Positions 27,581 through 39,964 of a stretch of 64,000 nucleotides of DNA are shown one piece after another. This stretch comes from Octopus sinensis (lineage: Eukaryota): the NCBI RefSeq assembly GCF_006345805.1, contig NC_043006.1, positions 65,968,001-66,032,000 of the forward strand, read 5' to 3'. The notes under the pieces were generated by a model. The model had not been told where the DNA came from. It searched no databases and was given only the letters and a program-made list of their open reading frames with translations. Position 1 is the first letter of the stretch. Every line of letters begins with the position of its first letter. A program made the translations under genes and the position numbers.

Positions 27581-27782
27581 ATATATATATATATATATAT
27601 ATATACCGGAGTAAACACATAAATGTGAAACAAGGTGGAAAAAAAAGAGTACTCAAATACCAGTGGTAGAGTAATATGCTTTATTTAAAGCAGCAGAAAA
27701 TTCAACAAAACCTGTTACTCTGCAACGGAAAACTCAGAGTAACAGGTTTTGTTGAATTTTCTGCTGCTTTAAATAAAGTAAG

Positions 27783-27818
<36 letters not shown>

Positions 27819-28228
27819 CACATACACGTATAAAATCTGTTTAAGTATAAAAAATCTTATAGTCTACTTTTAAATGAACTTTGTGTTTGTAATATATTTC
27901 TTTAAACATAATCCTTAGGCAGGACCAATGAGACAAACTCTACAGTTCTACCAAGAGTTAAAGACCAATCATCATCATCATCGTTTAATGTCTGTTTTCC
28001 ATGCTGGCATGGATTGGGCAGTTTGACTGGGGACTGGCAAGCCAGGAGGCTGCACCAGGCTCCAATCTAATCTGGCAATGCTTCTACAGCTGGATGCCCT
28101 TCCGAACACCAACCACTCTGAGAGGGTGGTGGGTGCTTTTTATGTGCCACCGGCACGGGAGCCATTCAGGCAACACTGGCATTGACCACAACTACAATTT
28201 CCATTTTTGATTTTATTGAGATTCTGAT

Positions 28229-28264
<36 letters not shown>

Positions 28265-28897
28265 TCATCAGACAAACTGTGTGTGTATGAACCTATATAA
28301 ATCAAAGGTCCAGCTTTGTAACACCTGTCATTTACAAACACGCGCACACAAACACATACACACACTGGTGTATGTGTATGTGTGGTATAGAATCATTACT
28401 TGTTAACTAAGACATATGCACATATGCCACCTGGTGGTCGATGTTTCATGAATGATGTATTTGATGGTATAAAAGATCAACAGACATATTTGACACATTC
28501 CAATTTTAGAAGCACGTATTCAGGATAAAATGTTTTTAGTGCATTTAACCCTTTTGTTACTGTTTTTCTATGAAAATACTCTGCTTTTGTTTCAGTTTAT
28601 TTTGAGAATAATGAATTTGGTAAAATAACCTTGCCATTATCAAACTGGTGTTTGAGAGAAATGAGTCATAGAATATTGGAGGAAGATCTTAATTCTAGAA
28701 CAGAGGTTCTTGACCATTTTTTTACCTCTGGAGTCGCTTGGACTATATTTTACTTGAATGGACCTTCATAGCCATTCAATGTTTACAAAAATCTAATTAT
28801 ATTTCTATAATTAAATATCATTAGGAATTGTATAAAAAAAACTTTAAATATTTTGTGCGTTGTAGATGTAGAACCAGTTTATTGAAACTAACTTTAA

Positions 28898-29118
28898 CCC
28901 TTTCGTTACTGTATTTATTTTGAGATGCTCAGGGTTTCTTTCAATTATTTTAAATATAACAAAGAATTTAGTAAAATAACTGAGTTATCATTAAGCTAAT
29001 GTTAGGAACATGAATTGTGACTAAGGTTTGGTGGAAGATTTTAATTCAAAACTTATGAAAACAAGACATTTGTGCTACAGAGCCAGAGGCGGTTTCAACC
29101 AAGTAGGTACCAAAAGGG
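28898..29118. mobile_element. piggyBac-type MITE (inner copy 1)
   Basis: TTAA|CCCTTTCG...CAAAAGGG|TTAA. Confidence 0.85.
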
Positions 29119-29138
29119 TTAAATTAATCGTTTGTTAA

Positions 29139-29345
29139 CCCTTTTGTTACCATATTTCTGTTGAGATGTTCTGTGTTTCTTTCAATTAATTTTAAATATA
29201 ACAAAGAATTTAGTAAAATAACTTATCATTCACCTCGTGTTAGGAACATAAATTGAGACTAAGGTTTGGTGGAAGATTTTAATTCAAAATATGAAAAGGT
29301 ATTTGTACTACAGAACCAGTTTCAGCTGGGTTGGTAATGAAAGGG
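29139..29345. mobile_element. piggyBac-type MITE (inner copy 2)
   Basis: TTAA|CCCTTTTG...GAAAGGG|TTAA; homologous to copy 1. Confidence 0.85.
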
Positions 29346-30355
29346 TTAATAACAAAATCTATGGACCCTGATTGAGAACCACTAATCTAGAATATTTAAA
29401 ACAAGAAATTCTTATAGAGCCAGGGGTGGTTTCAGGCAGGGTGGTATCAAAAGAGTTAAAGCTTATATAGGACTCAGGATGGTTTTTTTTAGAATTCTTT
29501 TTTTAAGAACGTGCGTCTTGTGCGCCATCAAATACAGTATTTAACATGAAAAGGGTGTTGTTATTGTACACAGTTGTTATCACAAGTAGCTCATAATCTG
29601 AAGCAGAATGTGGATGCAGCTGCACACCAGAACAAAATGGTTACGGTAACCAAGGTTCTCTAGTGAATGCATCAGAACTGCTAATCCTCATAAAATACAA
29701 ATTCATTAAACAAGCTAAGTTGTTTCACTTTTTAGATTTTGAAAAAGGAAAATAAATCTTTGTTTTCATTTAAACAGAAGCTCTGCTCTTATAGTTTTGC
29801 AGAACAGTTAAGAGCAGGAGATCAAAACTTCTGACTAAGAGAGATCATTCTCCAACATATTTCCAATGAGTTGACAAATGGCACATCTACATGGTTGGCC
29901 CAATATTAGAACTAGTAGTCAAATCTCTCAAATAATATCCTAACATTTCTAAATTGGATAATATTTAGTTTGATAATGTCCATGCTAAATTGTCCATCTA
30001 CAATTCCCAAGTCAAATATTAGGTTAATCTGACATCGGTATTTCCTATCAGATGACTTAACTCTCTCACTACATGCAATGATGGAGATTTCTTCATCCCA
30101 TAACATTTTAACTCTACAATGCTCCAAATTTTCACTCTTTATTTGTACATTAGTGACCAGTTCCTGTCTTCTGGTGAAACATTCTTACTCCTATGATGCT
30201 ACCCTTCACCTCTTCTTAACCTTCTGCACGTGGGCAACATTCCCATGCAAATTTAGACATCCCCTGACAGCTTTCTACAACAACCAGGAACAGAGGCATT
30301 AAAAACGTCCTCTAATAAATGACAAGACAACATAGTTTCTCATCAAAAATCACTA

Positions 30356-30526
30356 AGGCATAGGAGTGGCTGTGTGGTAAGTAGTTTGCTTATGAACATA
30401 GTTCCGGGTTCATTCCCACTGCATGGCACCTTGGGCAAGTGTCTTCTACTATAGCCTTGGGCTGACCAAAGCCTTGTGAGTGGATTTGGTAGATGGAAAC
30501 TGAAAGAAGCTCGTTGTATATATGTA

Positions 30527-30572
<46 letters not shown>

Positions 30573-30823
30573 CATACATACATACAACATATATATATGT
30601 ATGTATGTGTGTGTCTTTGTGTGTCTGTCCTCCCCAACATCGCTTGACAACCGATGCTGGTGTGTTTACGTCCCCGTAACTTAGCGGTTTGGCAAAAGAG
30701 ACTGATAGAATAAGTACTAGGCTTACAAAGAATAATTCTTGGGATCGATTTGCTCGACTAAAAGGCAGTGCTCCAGCATGGCCACAGTCAAATGACAAAC
30801 AAGTAAAAGAGCAAAAGAGTAAG
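30356..30823 (+). mobile_element. Full-length copy of the most abundant SINE family in the window
   Basis: Head GGCATAGGAGTGGCTGTGTGGTAAG..GGGTTCATTCC, central microsatellite, 3' part ..AAGTACTAGGCTTACAAAGAA..CAAGTAAAAGAG. Other copies at about 17107(+), 19250-19930(-), 20085(-), 23428(+), 24165(+), 31165(-), 35495(-), 43370(-), 44575/46970(+, split by CR1) and 60215/60770(+, split by an RTE tail). Repbase name not verified. Confidence 0.8.
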
Positions 30824-33281
30824 ACATAATCATTGCATATAGTAAGCAAACTGTATGGTATACCAATCTCACCAAAGATATAATCACAGCAGATATTAGG
30901 CAACTCTATTGCACTTATATTCACACACACACACACAGCAAGCAAAATATATGGTACTTCCATTGCCACAAAGGACACCAGCTGTTACACTGAGGTAATG
31001 ATTGTATGGTGCCTCCATTTCCACAAAGATACAATCCCTTATTAAAACAACCTTGCAACATTATGTCTATTCAACCACTGAAATGGCACACAAATAAAAC
31101 CCTACAAAATTACTGGCAGATTTTGACAACACACACACACAAGTACATACATATATACTCTTTACTCTTTTACTTGTTTCAGTCATTTGACTGTGGCCAT
31201 GCTGGAGCACCGCCTTGAACAATTTTAGTCGAACGAATAGACCACAGTACTTTTTTGTTTTTCAAACCTGGCACTTTATCAGTCTCTTTTGCCAAACCAC
31301 TAAGCTAGAGACATAAATACATGACCACCAGTTGTCAAGCAGTGGTAAGGGACAAACACAAACAAAAAACACAGACACACAGATATATATATATATACAC
31401 GACAAACTTCTTATTGTTTCCATTTACCAAATCCACTCACAAAGCTTTGGTTGGACGACACTTGCCCAAGGTGCCATGCAGTGGGACTGAACCTGGAACC
31501 ATGTGATCAGGAAGCAAACTTCTTACCACACAGCCACTCCTGCACCTATAAACAAATAAATCTATATACACATATACATATATAAAGCTACAACCCTAAG
31601 ACTAGGATTCCTGTTCTGGTCTAGAAATCACTTTAGTTCTAAACAATTCCTGTTCCTCAGCAAAACACAAGTTTGACCCACATAGAATAATCACTCACAT
31701 AGTTTTGAGACTGCTGCTACTGTCACACACACAACAAATAACCAAGACAAAGAAAGTTCGTAAATTTGAATTAGCTGGTGTGTTTAGTGTTTTTTGACGG
31801 AGGAATATCCTGATATTTAGAGAGAGAAAAAAAGAACCTTTTGTTAGAATTTTTTAAAAGATAGTTCTGTTTCTTTCTTTTATTTGTTTTAGTCATTAGA
31901 CTGTGCCCATGCTGGGGCACCGCCTTGAAGAATTTCTGGTTGAATTAATTGACCCCTGTACTTCTTTTTGTTTTCTTAAAGCCTAGTGCTTATTCTATGG
32001 GTCTCTTTTGCCAAACTTAATGGTTTGGCAAAAGAGACTGATAGAATAAGTACTATTCTATGTAGGTTTGACATAAACAAATCTACACCAGTTGGCAAGT
32101 AGTGGTGAAGGACAAACACACACACACACATGGTGGGCTTCTTTCAGTTTCCATCTACCAAATTCACCCACAAGACTTTTGTTGGACCAATGTTATAGAA
32201 GACACTTGCCCAAAGTGCCATACAGTGAGACTGAACCTAGAACCATGTGGTTGAGAAGCAATTTTGCTAAATAAGTCCTGTCTCAGTTCCCTGATTTTAC
32301 CTTTTATCTTTTACTTGTTTCAGTCATTGGTCTGTGGCCAAGCTGGGGCACTACCTTAAACAAAACCAACTCCAGTACACATGTTGTAAAGCACCAGACG
32401 GGTGATAAACACAGATACAAAGACACACAAATATATATATATATATATATCACAAGATGGGCTTCCACAGAGTTTCCCCCCTACCAAATTTCACTCACAA
32501 GGCAATAGTATAGTCCAGGGCTATAGTAAAACACACTTCAGTGGGACAGAGGGAATGAACCTGAAATCACAAGGTTGCAAAGCTAGCTTCTTAACCACAC
32601 AGCCAAAAAAAAAAAAAAAAGCAGGGGTGGGTGGTAAAAACTGAAAAAGAAAAATGTCCCACCCCTGGTTAATTAGTCTCTGATTAGTATTAATTATAAC
32701 GATTTCTGACAATGGCAAAGTGATGAAATCAAATAATCTGTCTCCTTGTCCTGGGGGTGCTTATTTTATCAACTCCTTCCCCTAAATCATAGAGCTGGGA
32801 GGCAAAGATGACATGTGGGTGGGATTTGACATGTCTACATAATGGTCATTTATTCACTCTAACCCTACCACTACCACAATAGCCCCATTTTTCTGTCAGT
32901 CCCGTAGTTAGAGTGTAACCCTTGAATTTGCTTTCACTCCTGCCTCCTCCCCTTATACAAGTTTATATAAGTGCCACCACATAAAAGCATCGCCAGGATA
33001 GGACCACATTTCCTCCTCTCCAACTACGTTACTGATTTCCATCACCACCACCACTGTACACTCCTCTATACCATTACCATCACCGCCACAACTGTCTAAC
33101 TCTTATATATAGATCCACCGCCACCATCAGCAACCACAGTAGACATAACTCTTCTATCACCGCCGTCAGTCGCCATACCTCTGTGACATCGAGAAACAAT
33201 GAAATGACAGTGGTGGAAGCGTTGGAAAGTTAAACTACTGAAAAAAAAAAGAAGAAACATGGTCTTGTTTCTTGTATCAGC

Positions 33282-33349
33282 GTAAATGGGAAACTTTAGT
33301 AAATGGGAAACTTTAGTAAATGGGAAACTTTAGTAAATGGGAAACTTTA
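33282..33349. repeat. Four perfect 17-bp tandem units GTAAATGGGAAACTTTA
   Basis: Units start at 33282, 33299, 33316 and 33333. Confidence 0.97.
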
Positions 33350-33538
33350 GCGAAACAATGCAGCAGGTAGCACTTAGGAACAATGAGCAGTGACTTCACC
33401 ACCACCACCACCACCACTACTACTACTGCTGCTACTACTACGCAACGGGGGAGGGCGGGTTTGTTAGAAGCAGTATCCCGGCATACTAGAAACATCAGTC
33501 AAATCTTCCAGTTGTCAAAGTGGAAAGACACATTAAAA

Positions 33539-33752
33539 CAGGGGTCCACAAGCTTTTTAGACCATCGACCCCTTCATGGAATACTTGACCCCCTACCTCA
33601 TCGAACCCCCACCCCCAGGCACATACAAGAAGATAAATAAATAAATAAATAATAATAATTAAGTAGATGTGCATTTATCGACCCCCTTGAATTGTTCCAA
33701 CGACCCTCTCTCCCCCACCAGGGGTCGATATCGACCAGTTTGGGGAGACCTG
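33539..33752. mobile_element. hAT MITE with 8-bp TSD
   Basis: CAGGGGTCCACAAGC ... CAGTTTGGGGAGACCTG; flanks CATTAAAA / CATTAGAA. Confidence 0.75.
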
Positions 33753-33969
33753 CATTAGAAGGATACATTAAAGGAAACCTGGTGATGGCTAGATTGAGAC
33801 TGACCAAGGATTAACCATCACCAGCTACCACTGCTGCTTCTAATACTGACAGACGCACCATGGTGACGACAACTACAAGTGCCCCACCACATCATCATAA
33901 CCACCATACCACTACAACAAGCATTAAACCAATACAATTACTACTACTACTACAACTACTACTACTACT

Positions 33970-34432
33970 TCCAGCCTGAAAGTTCTCTGGAAGAGAACAA
34001 CTAGCTGATCTTCTTTGACACCCAAGATCTTCCAAGAATGTTGTCGCACTTTTCCTCCACTAATTCTCTATAAAAAGCTAAAGGAGATGTTCCACCTATA
34101 GCACTGTTCAATTGGCTGAGGGCTGTGAGCGCTTGAAAACATTCCACTTTCTAAATGCTCTCCCTTGGTCTCTGTTTTACCCAGAACTGCAGCTCTGTTA
34201 AAGAAACTAGCAGCAGAAAAACATGTTTGGCAAATGAACACCACACCTGTTCACCGTCAAGGAACCACTGGAGATGTAGCCTCAGCACATGTCTGCACAT
34301 CATCAGCCACAGCATGCCCAGGTCACCACACAGCGGATGTTGACAGAAGATAGACTGCCTGGCTATCAGGACACGTCCCTTCCACAAGAAGCGGAAGAGT
34401 ATATGCTCCAGTGCAATCAGGACAAGGCACAA
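33970..34432 (-). mobile_element. Degenerate L1/Tx1-clade LINE fragment
   Basis: LFRFLWKGRVLIARQSIFCQHPLCGDLGM resembles the FLW.G...V.R....P...GGLG motif C-terminal to the L1/Tx1 RT. Confidence 0.6.
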
Positions 34433-34668
34433 TGGTCAAGCTGGCAGAATCGTTAGGATACCGGGCGAAATGCTTAGTGGTATTTCGTCTGCTGCTATGT
34501 TCTGAGTTCAAATTCTACCAAGGTCGACTTTGCCTTTCATCCTTTCGGGGTCAATTAAATAAGTACAAGTTAGGCACTGGGATAGATATAATTAACTTAA
34601 TCTCTTTGTCCTTGTTTGTCCCCTCTATGTTTAGCCCCTTGTGGGCAATAAAAAATAAATAAATAAAT
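34424..34668 (+). mobile_element. tRNA-derived SINE, near-complete copy
   Basis: TGGCAGAATCGTTAG (A-box-like), GAGTTCAAATTC (B-box-like), core GCCTTTCATCCTTTCGGGGTC, (AAAT)n tail. Confidence 0.8.
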
Positions 34669-35890
34669 AGTAGATGACAGCCGTGATACATATGATAGCC
34701 ACCTCCACCTGACTTTTCAGGGATAGCCTTCTCAGCCCATTTCTGGGTGAGAGTAGTCATCCTGCTCACAAGAGCCTCACATCCACATTAACTGACAGAA
34801 TATATGCTTCCTTGAACAGAAGTCCTGGTGCACAAGTAGCAGTTATTTATCACCACCCCCAATACAACCTAAAGAACTACAACAACCACTGTGAATAACC
34901 ACACCACTACAAGAGGGTATCAGAGTTCAATTCCTGCCCAGGTTAACTTGGTGTCACAATTTCAGGGCTGATAATGCAATGATGTATGAATCAAATACAG
35001 AAGTGGTGTCATCTGCTATAAAGCACTTGGATGATTTATAGAAATGTAAATGAAATCATATACTATAAAAGTCATTTATAAAAGCTACAACTATGACAAT
35101 CGTAACAATAACAGGTGTGGTTGTTCTTACTAACAATAATAAAAATCATGTCTGTGAATGAGTGTGGATATATAAACATACATATACAAACACGACAGGT
35201 ACGCTTCAGATATGTGTACATATATGATTGCAAGATTGTGGGTTTGATTCTCAGACTGGGTGTTGCATTCTTAAGGAAAGCACTTCATTTCATGTTGCTC
35301 TGCAGTCATTTCTTCATCCAACATGTGGCACCCCATTACGCCTGTACAAATAATGTTGAACTGATGGAGGCAATAAGCTTATGTCTACACAAACATTTGA
35401 TCACTATAAACAAATCTTCTGTGTGGTTGTTCAGTAAGAAATTGTCGAACCCTCATATGTTGACGGGAGAATCCATTATATATTCTTATTTCTTTTATTC
35501 TTTTATTTGTTTCAGTCATTTGACTGCAGCCATGGTGGAGTACCGCCTTTAGTCAAGCAAATCAACCCCAGGACTTATTCTTTGTAAGCTTAGTACTTAT
35601 TCTATCAGTCTCTTTTGCTGAACCGCTAAGTTACAGGGATGCAAACACACTACAATCGGTTGTCAAGCGATGTTGGCGGGGGGTCAAACACAGACACACA
35701 AACATATTATATACACACACACACATACATATATAAGTATATATATGACAGGCTTCTTTCAGTTTCCGTCTACCAAATCCACTCACAAGGCTTTGGTCGC
35801 CCCCAGGCTATTGTAGAAGACACTTGCCCAATGAACCCGGAAACATGTGGTTGGTAAGCAAGCTACTTACCACACAGCCACCTCTGCGCC

Positions 35891-35922
<32 letters not shown>

Positions 35923-36871
35923 AGAGTTAAGGAATGGAATAGGTAAGATCTGGGTTACATGTTTCATAGCGAGTGGAACCTCGGAAATGGTAAATATCCA
36001 AACGAGGTGTATACTGCAAGCTACTCTTGACTAAATGAAAACTTACATTGTTGCAAGGAGATACATGTTAATCCAACGGTTCAATCTTCATGCATTAACA
36101 TGTACCTCCTTGTGACAATGTAAACCTTCACTTAATCAAGATATCATTGGCCTGATGAGTATACACCTAGAGAAATAGTGACCTTTATTTAATAACTAGT
36201 TGATCTAGCAAGCGGGGCCTCATATCAGCGAGGAGGGCCGGTGCGCATTGATGCTGTCGAGAGGTAGGCCCCGAAATGGTGCACATTCTCTCCTGATGAC
36301 CCCCATACACTTGCATGTGTAAGTTGTTTGCAAGACATCACATATATACATGTCTATACAAACACACACACGTCTTTTCCCCATCCTTATATAAATACAT
36401 AACTATACACACAATACATACAATGGATGTTTATGGGTGGTGATTGTGCAGATCATTATAACTTCATGCTTATGTGTGTTTTTTTATGTTATGCTGTGTC
36501 TTCTAATACAGGGAATTGTGTGTGTGTATGCGGATCTGAGTCCAAATTGCATACATGCATGCGAGTGTGTATAAGTCTGTATGCATGAGTGGCCGGGTAG
36601 TTTTGTAAAAGGATTTTACTATCATAGCTTCAGGTGGACTGCAGCTTTGTGATTAAATTGGGTTGGAAGTGAGATAATGTAAAGAGATCAAAAGCAGACC
36701 AAACCTGTTACACATTATGTGACTATGTCACAGTGAAAAGTTATGCAAAATATTTGTTGATTCGACAGCCACTTTCACTATAATACAATGTAAGTGTAGT
36801 CAAACAAGAAGAATATCCATTTTCAACAATAACAAAGAAATCCATCTGTATTTTTTCTTATATATTGAAAC

Positions 36872-39800
36872 CCACTTCAGGAAACCCACCTCTCACCTAG
36901 TCACCTACCGTTCTGGCAGACACACCAGCCAGATTGACTACATCCTTGCCAGAAAGAGGGAAAGAGGGCTGATTATAAATGCCAAAACCTTCCCAGGCGA
37001 AGAATGTACTCCCCAACATAGATTAGTAGTTAGCGACTTCAGGATCAGAGCTAAATGGTTGCCCAGAAGAAGACCAGCTTGGAGGAGAAGGGTCTGGAAG
37101 CTTAAAGATCCTGCAAATGGACAGAGATTTAGAGACATACTACTCGAAGCCTCTGACGAAATAGAAGGGGATATAGCTTCACTTAATGTGGAAGACAACT
37201 GGAGATTCCTACGGGACAATCTGCTGACAGCCACTGACCAGATCTGTGGATGGAGCAAAGTACCATCTCGACCCAGAGTAACATGGTGGTGGAACACTGT
37301 GGTTGACAGGGCTATTAGACAAAAGAGACAGGCTTGGAAGGACTGGAAGAACGGTGGTAGCAGGGAATTGTATCAGACAGCCAAAAGGGAAGCTAGGAGA
37401 CAGGTTTATTTAGCCAGAGGGGAAGCGGATAGAAAAAAATTTGCCAATGTTCTGAGCCGTGAGGATGAAAGACTTGAGGTATTTCGTGTTGCAAGACAGT
37501 GTGTGAGAGAGATCGTGATGTGGTAGGAGAAAGTGTGTTCGCATGGATGATGGTTCACTTGCGCTAAATGAGGATGCAAAGAGAGAGGTTTGGAGATGCC
37601 ACTATGAAAGGTTGCTGAATAAAGAAAATGAATGGGATAAAGAGAGTCTGCCGAATGTTGACCCAACAGAGGGACCAGCTATCCGAGTTGATAGTTCCGT
37701 GGTAGCTAAGGCAATTAGAAGCATGAAGACAGGGAAAGCCCCAGGCCCATCAGGAATTACTGCAGAGATGCTCAAAATATCTGGCAGTGTCGGCTATAAC
37801 CTAGTCACCCGTATAGTCAACCAGGTGATACATGAAGGAGTCATACCCAATGACTGGTGTAGCAGCATACTAGTCAACTGCTACAAAGGTAAAGGTGATG
37901 CCCTGGATACAAATAATTACAGAGGTATCAAGCTGTTGGATCAGGTAATGAAGGTTACGGAGAGGGTCATAGCCCAACTAATTAGAGAGAGAGTTAGTTT
38001 AGATGAGATGCAGTTTGGGTTTGTCCCAGGGAAAAGCACCACTGATGCTATATTCCTGGTAAGGCAGCTGCAGGAGAAATACCTAGCCAAAGATAAGCCC
38101 TGTACCTGGCTTTCGTTGACATGGAGAAAGCCTTTGATAGGGTCCCCCGATCCCTCATCTGGTGGTCAATGAGGAAACTAGGGATAGATGAATGGCTGGT
38201 GAGGGCTGTGCAAGCCATGTACAGAGATGCCGTAAGTAAGTTAGAGTTGGCAGCATGTACACAGAAGAATTCAAGGTAGAGGTTGGGGTCCACCAGGGTT
38301 CAGTACTCAGCCCCCTCCTATTTATCATAGTCCTCCAGGCAATTGTGGAGGAATTCAAGACAGGTTGCCCCTGGGAGCTCCTCTATGCTGACGACCTCGC
38401 TCTAATCGCTGAGTCACTATCAGAACTGGAGGAGAAGTTCCAGGTGTGGAAGGAGGGTTTAGAATCGAGGGGCCTTAGAGTCAACCTAGCTAAAACCAAA
38501 GTACTAATAAGTAGAAAGTTAGAAAATCCACAAATATCCTCAGGAAGATGGCCCTGCTCGATCTGTAGAAAGGTGTAGGTAGAAACTCTATAAGATGTAC
38601 CCAGTGTAAGCTATGGACACATAAGAGGTGCAGCAATGTCAAAGGTAGGCTAACTGGGAAGATAGTTTTTGTATGTGGCAGATGCTCTGGAGCATTGACC
38701 TCCGAAAATCTGCAGAAAACAACTTCCGTCACTTTCCGAGGGGAAAAACTAGAAGTAGTTGATAGCTTCCGCTATCTAGGTGACCAAGTCAGTAGTGGGG
38801 GCGGGTGCGCTGAAAGTGTAACTGCTAGAATAAGAATAGCCTGGGCAAAGTTTAGGGAGCTCTTACCTCTGCTGGTGACTAAAGGCCTCTCGCTCAGAGT
38901 AAAAGGCAGACTGTATGATGCATGTGTATGAACAGCTATGCTACATGGCAGTGAAACATGGGCCGTGACTGCTGAGGACATGCGTAAGCTTGTGAGGAAC
39001 GAAGCCAGTATGCTCCGATGGATGTGTAATGTCAGTGTACTTACTCGACAGAGCGTTAGTACCTTGAGAGAAATGTTGTACCTAAGAAGCATCAGTTGTT
39101 GTGTGCAAGAGAGACGATTGCGCTGGTATGGTCATGTGGCGAGAATGGATGAAGATAGGTGTGTGAGAAAGTGCCAATCCCTAGCAGTTGAGGGAACCCG
39201 TGGAAGAGGTAGACCCAGGAAAACCTGGGACGAAGTGGTGAAGCACGACCTTCGGACGTTAGGTCTCACCATGGAAATGACTAGAGACCGAGACCTATGG
39301 AAGTATGCTGTGCGTGAGAAGACCCGGCAAGACTAGTGAAGCCATAATCCGTGGCCCCTACCTGGGACGTAGTCAGTCCACCTGTGCATACCTTCCTTCT
39401 TGTGACACTTGTGAAGACCTGTTGAGGCAAGTGAGAATCGAATCGAATCAAATCAAATCAAATCGAACCAAATCAAAATAGATGAACATCAATGGAATTT
39501 GTATCCTTGTGGTACCAGTGCCGGTGGCACATAAGAAAACCATCCGAACATGATCGTAGCCAGTACCGCAACGACTGGCCTCCGTGCTGAGGGCACATAA
39601 CAAACACCATCCGAGCGTGGTCGTCCGCCAGCCCCGTCTGGCACCTGTGTCGGTGACACATAAGAAAACACCATCCGAGCGTGGCCGTCAGCCAGCCTCG
39701 TCTGGCACCTGTGTCGGTGGCACATAAAAAAAAAACACCATCCAAGCGTGGCCGTCTGCCAGCCTCGTCTGGCACCTGTGTCGGTGGCACATAAAATCAC

Positions 39801-39964
39801 CCACTACACTCTCGGAGTGGTTGGCGTTAGGAAGGGCATCCAGCTGTAGAAACACTGCCAGATCTGACTGGCCTGGTGCAGCCTTCGGGCTTGCCAGACC
39901 CCAGTTGAACCGTCCAACCCATGCTAGCATGGAAAGCGGACGTTAAACGATGATGATGATGATG
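36872..39964 (+). mobile_element. 5'-truncated RTE-clade LINE: end of APE domain, RT, 3'UTR and (GAT)n tail
   Basis: HLVTYRSGRHTSQIDYIL (APE C-terminus), KAPGPSG, QFGFVPGKSTTDAIF, LYADDL and GRGRPRKTW. About 4 single-base frameshifts and a TGA at about 38929. Confidence 0.95.

Larger units (their letters stand above)
28701..29384. mobile_element. hAT (Charlie-like) MITE with 8-bp TSD
   Basis: TIRs CAGAGGTTCTTGACC / GATTGAGAACCACTA; flanks TTCTAGAA (28693-28700) and ATCTAGAA (29385-29392), a 7/8 match. Confidence 0.8.
28549..29455. mobile_element. piggyBac-type MITE (outer, interrupted)
   Basis: TTAA|CCCTTTT ... AAAAGAG|TTAA, homologous to the inner copies and split by the hAT MITE. Confidence 0.7.

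Noticed and set aside
29520-29700. Unique-looking segment as CHPF exon 2
   Set aside because: All three minus frames contain stops and no CHPF motifs.
29912-30180. 71-aa minus-strand ORF as a CHPF exon
   Set aside because: No similarity to the expected CHPF continuation and an upstream in-frame stop; probably a degenerate repeat.
36149-36183. GGC-CTGATGA...GAAA-TAGTGACC
   Set aside because: Stem II does not pair, and stem III and the cleavage site are broken.
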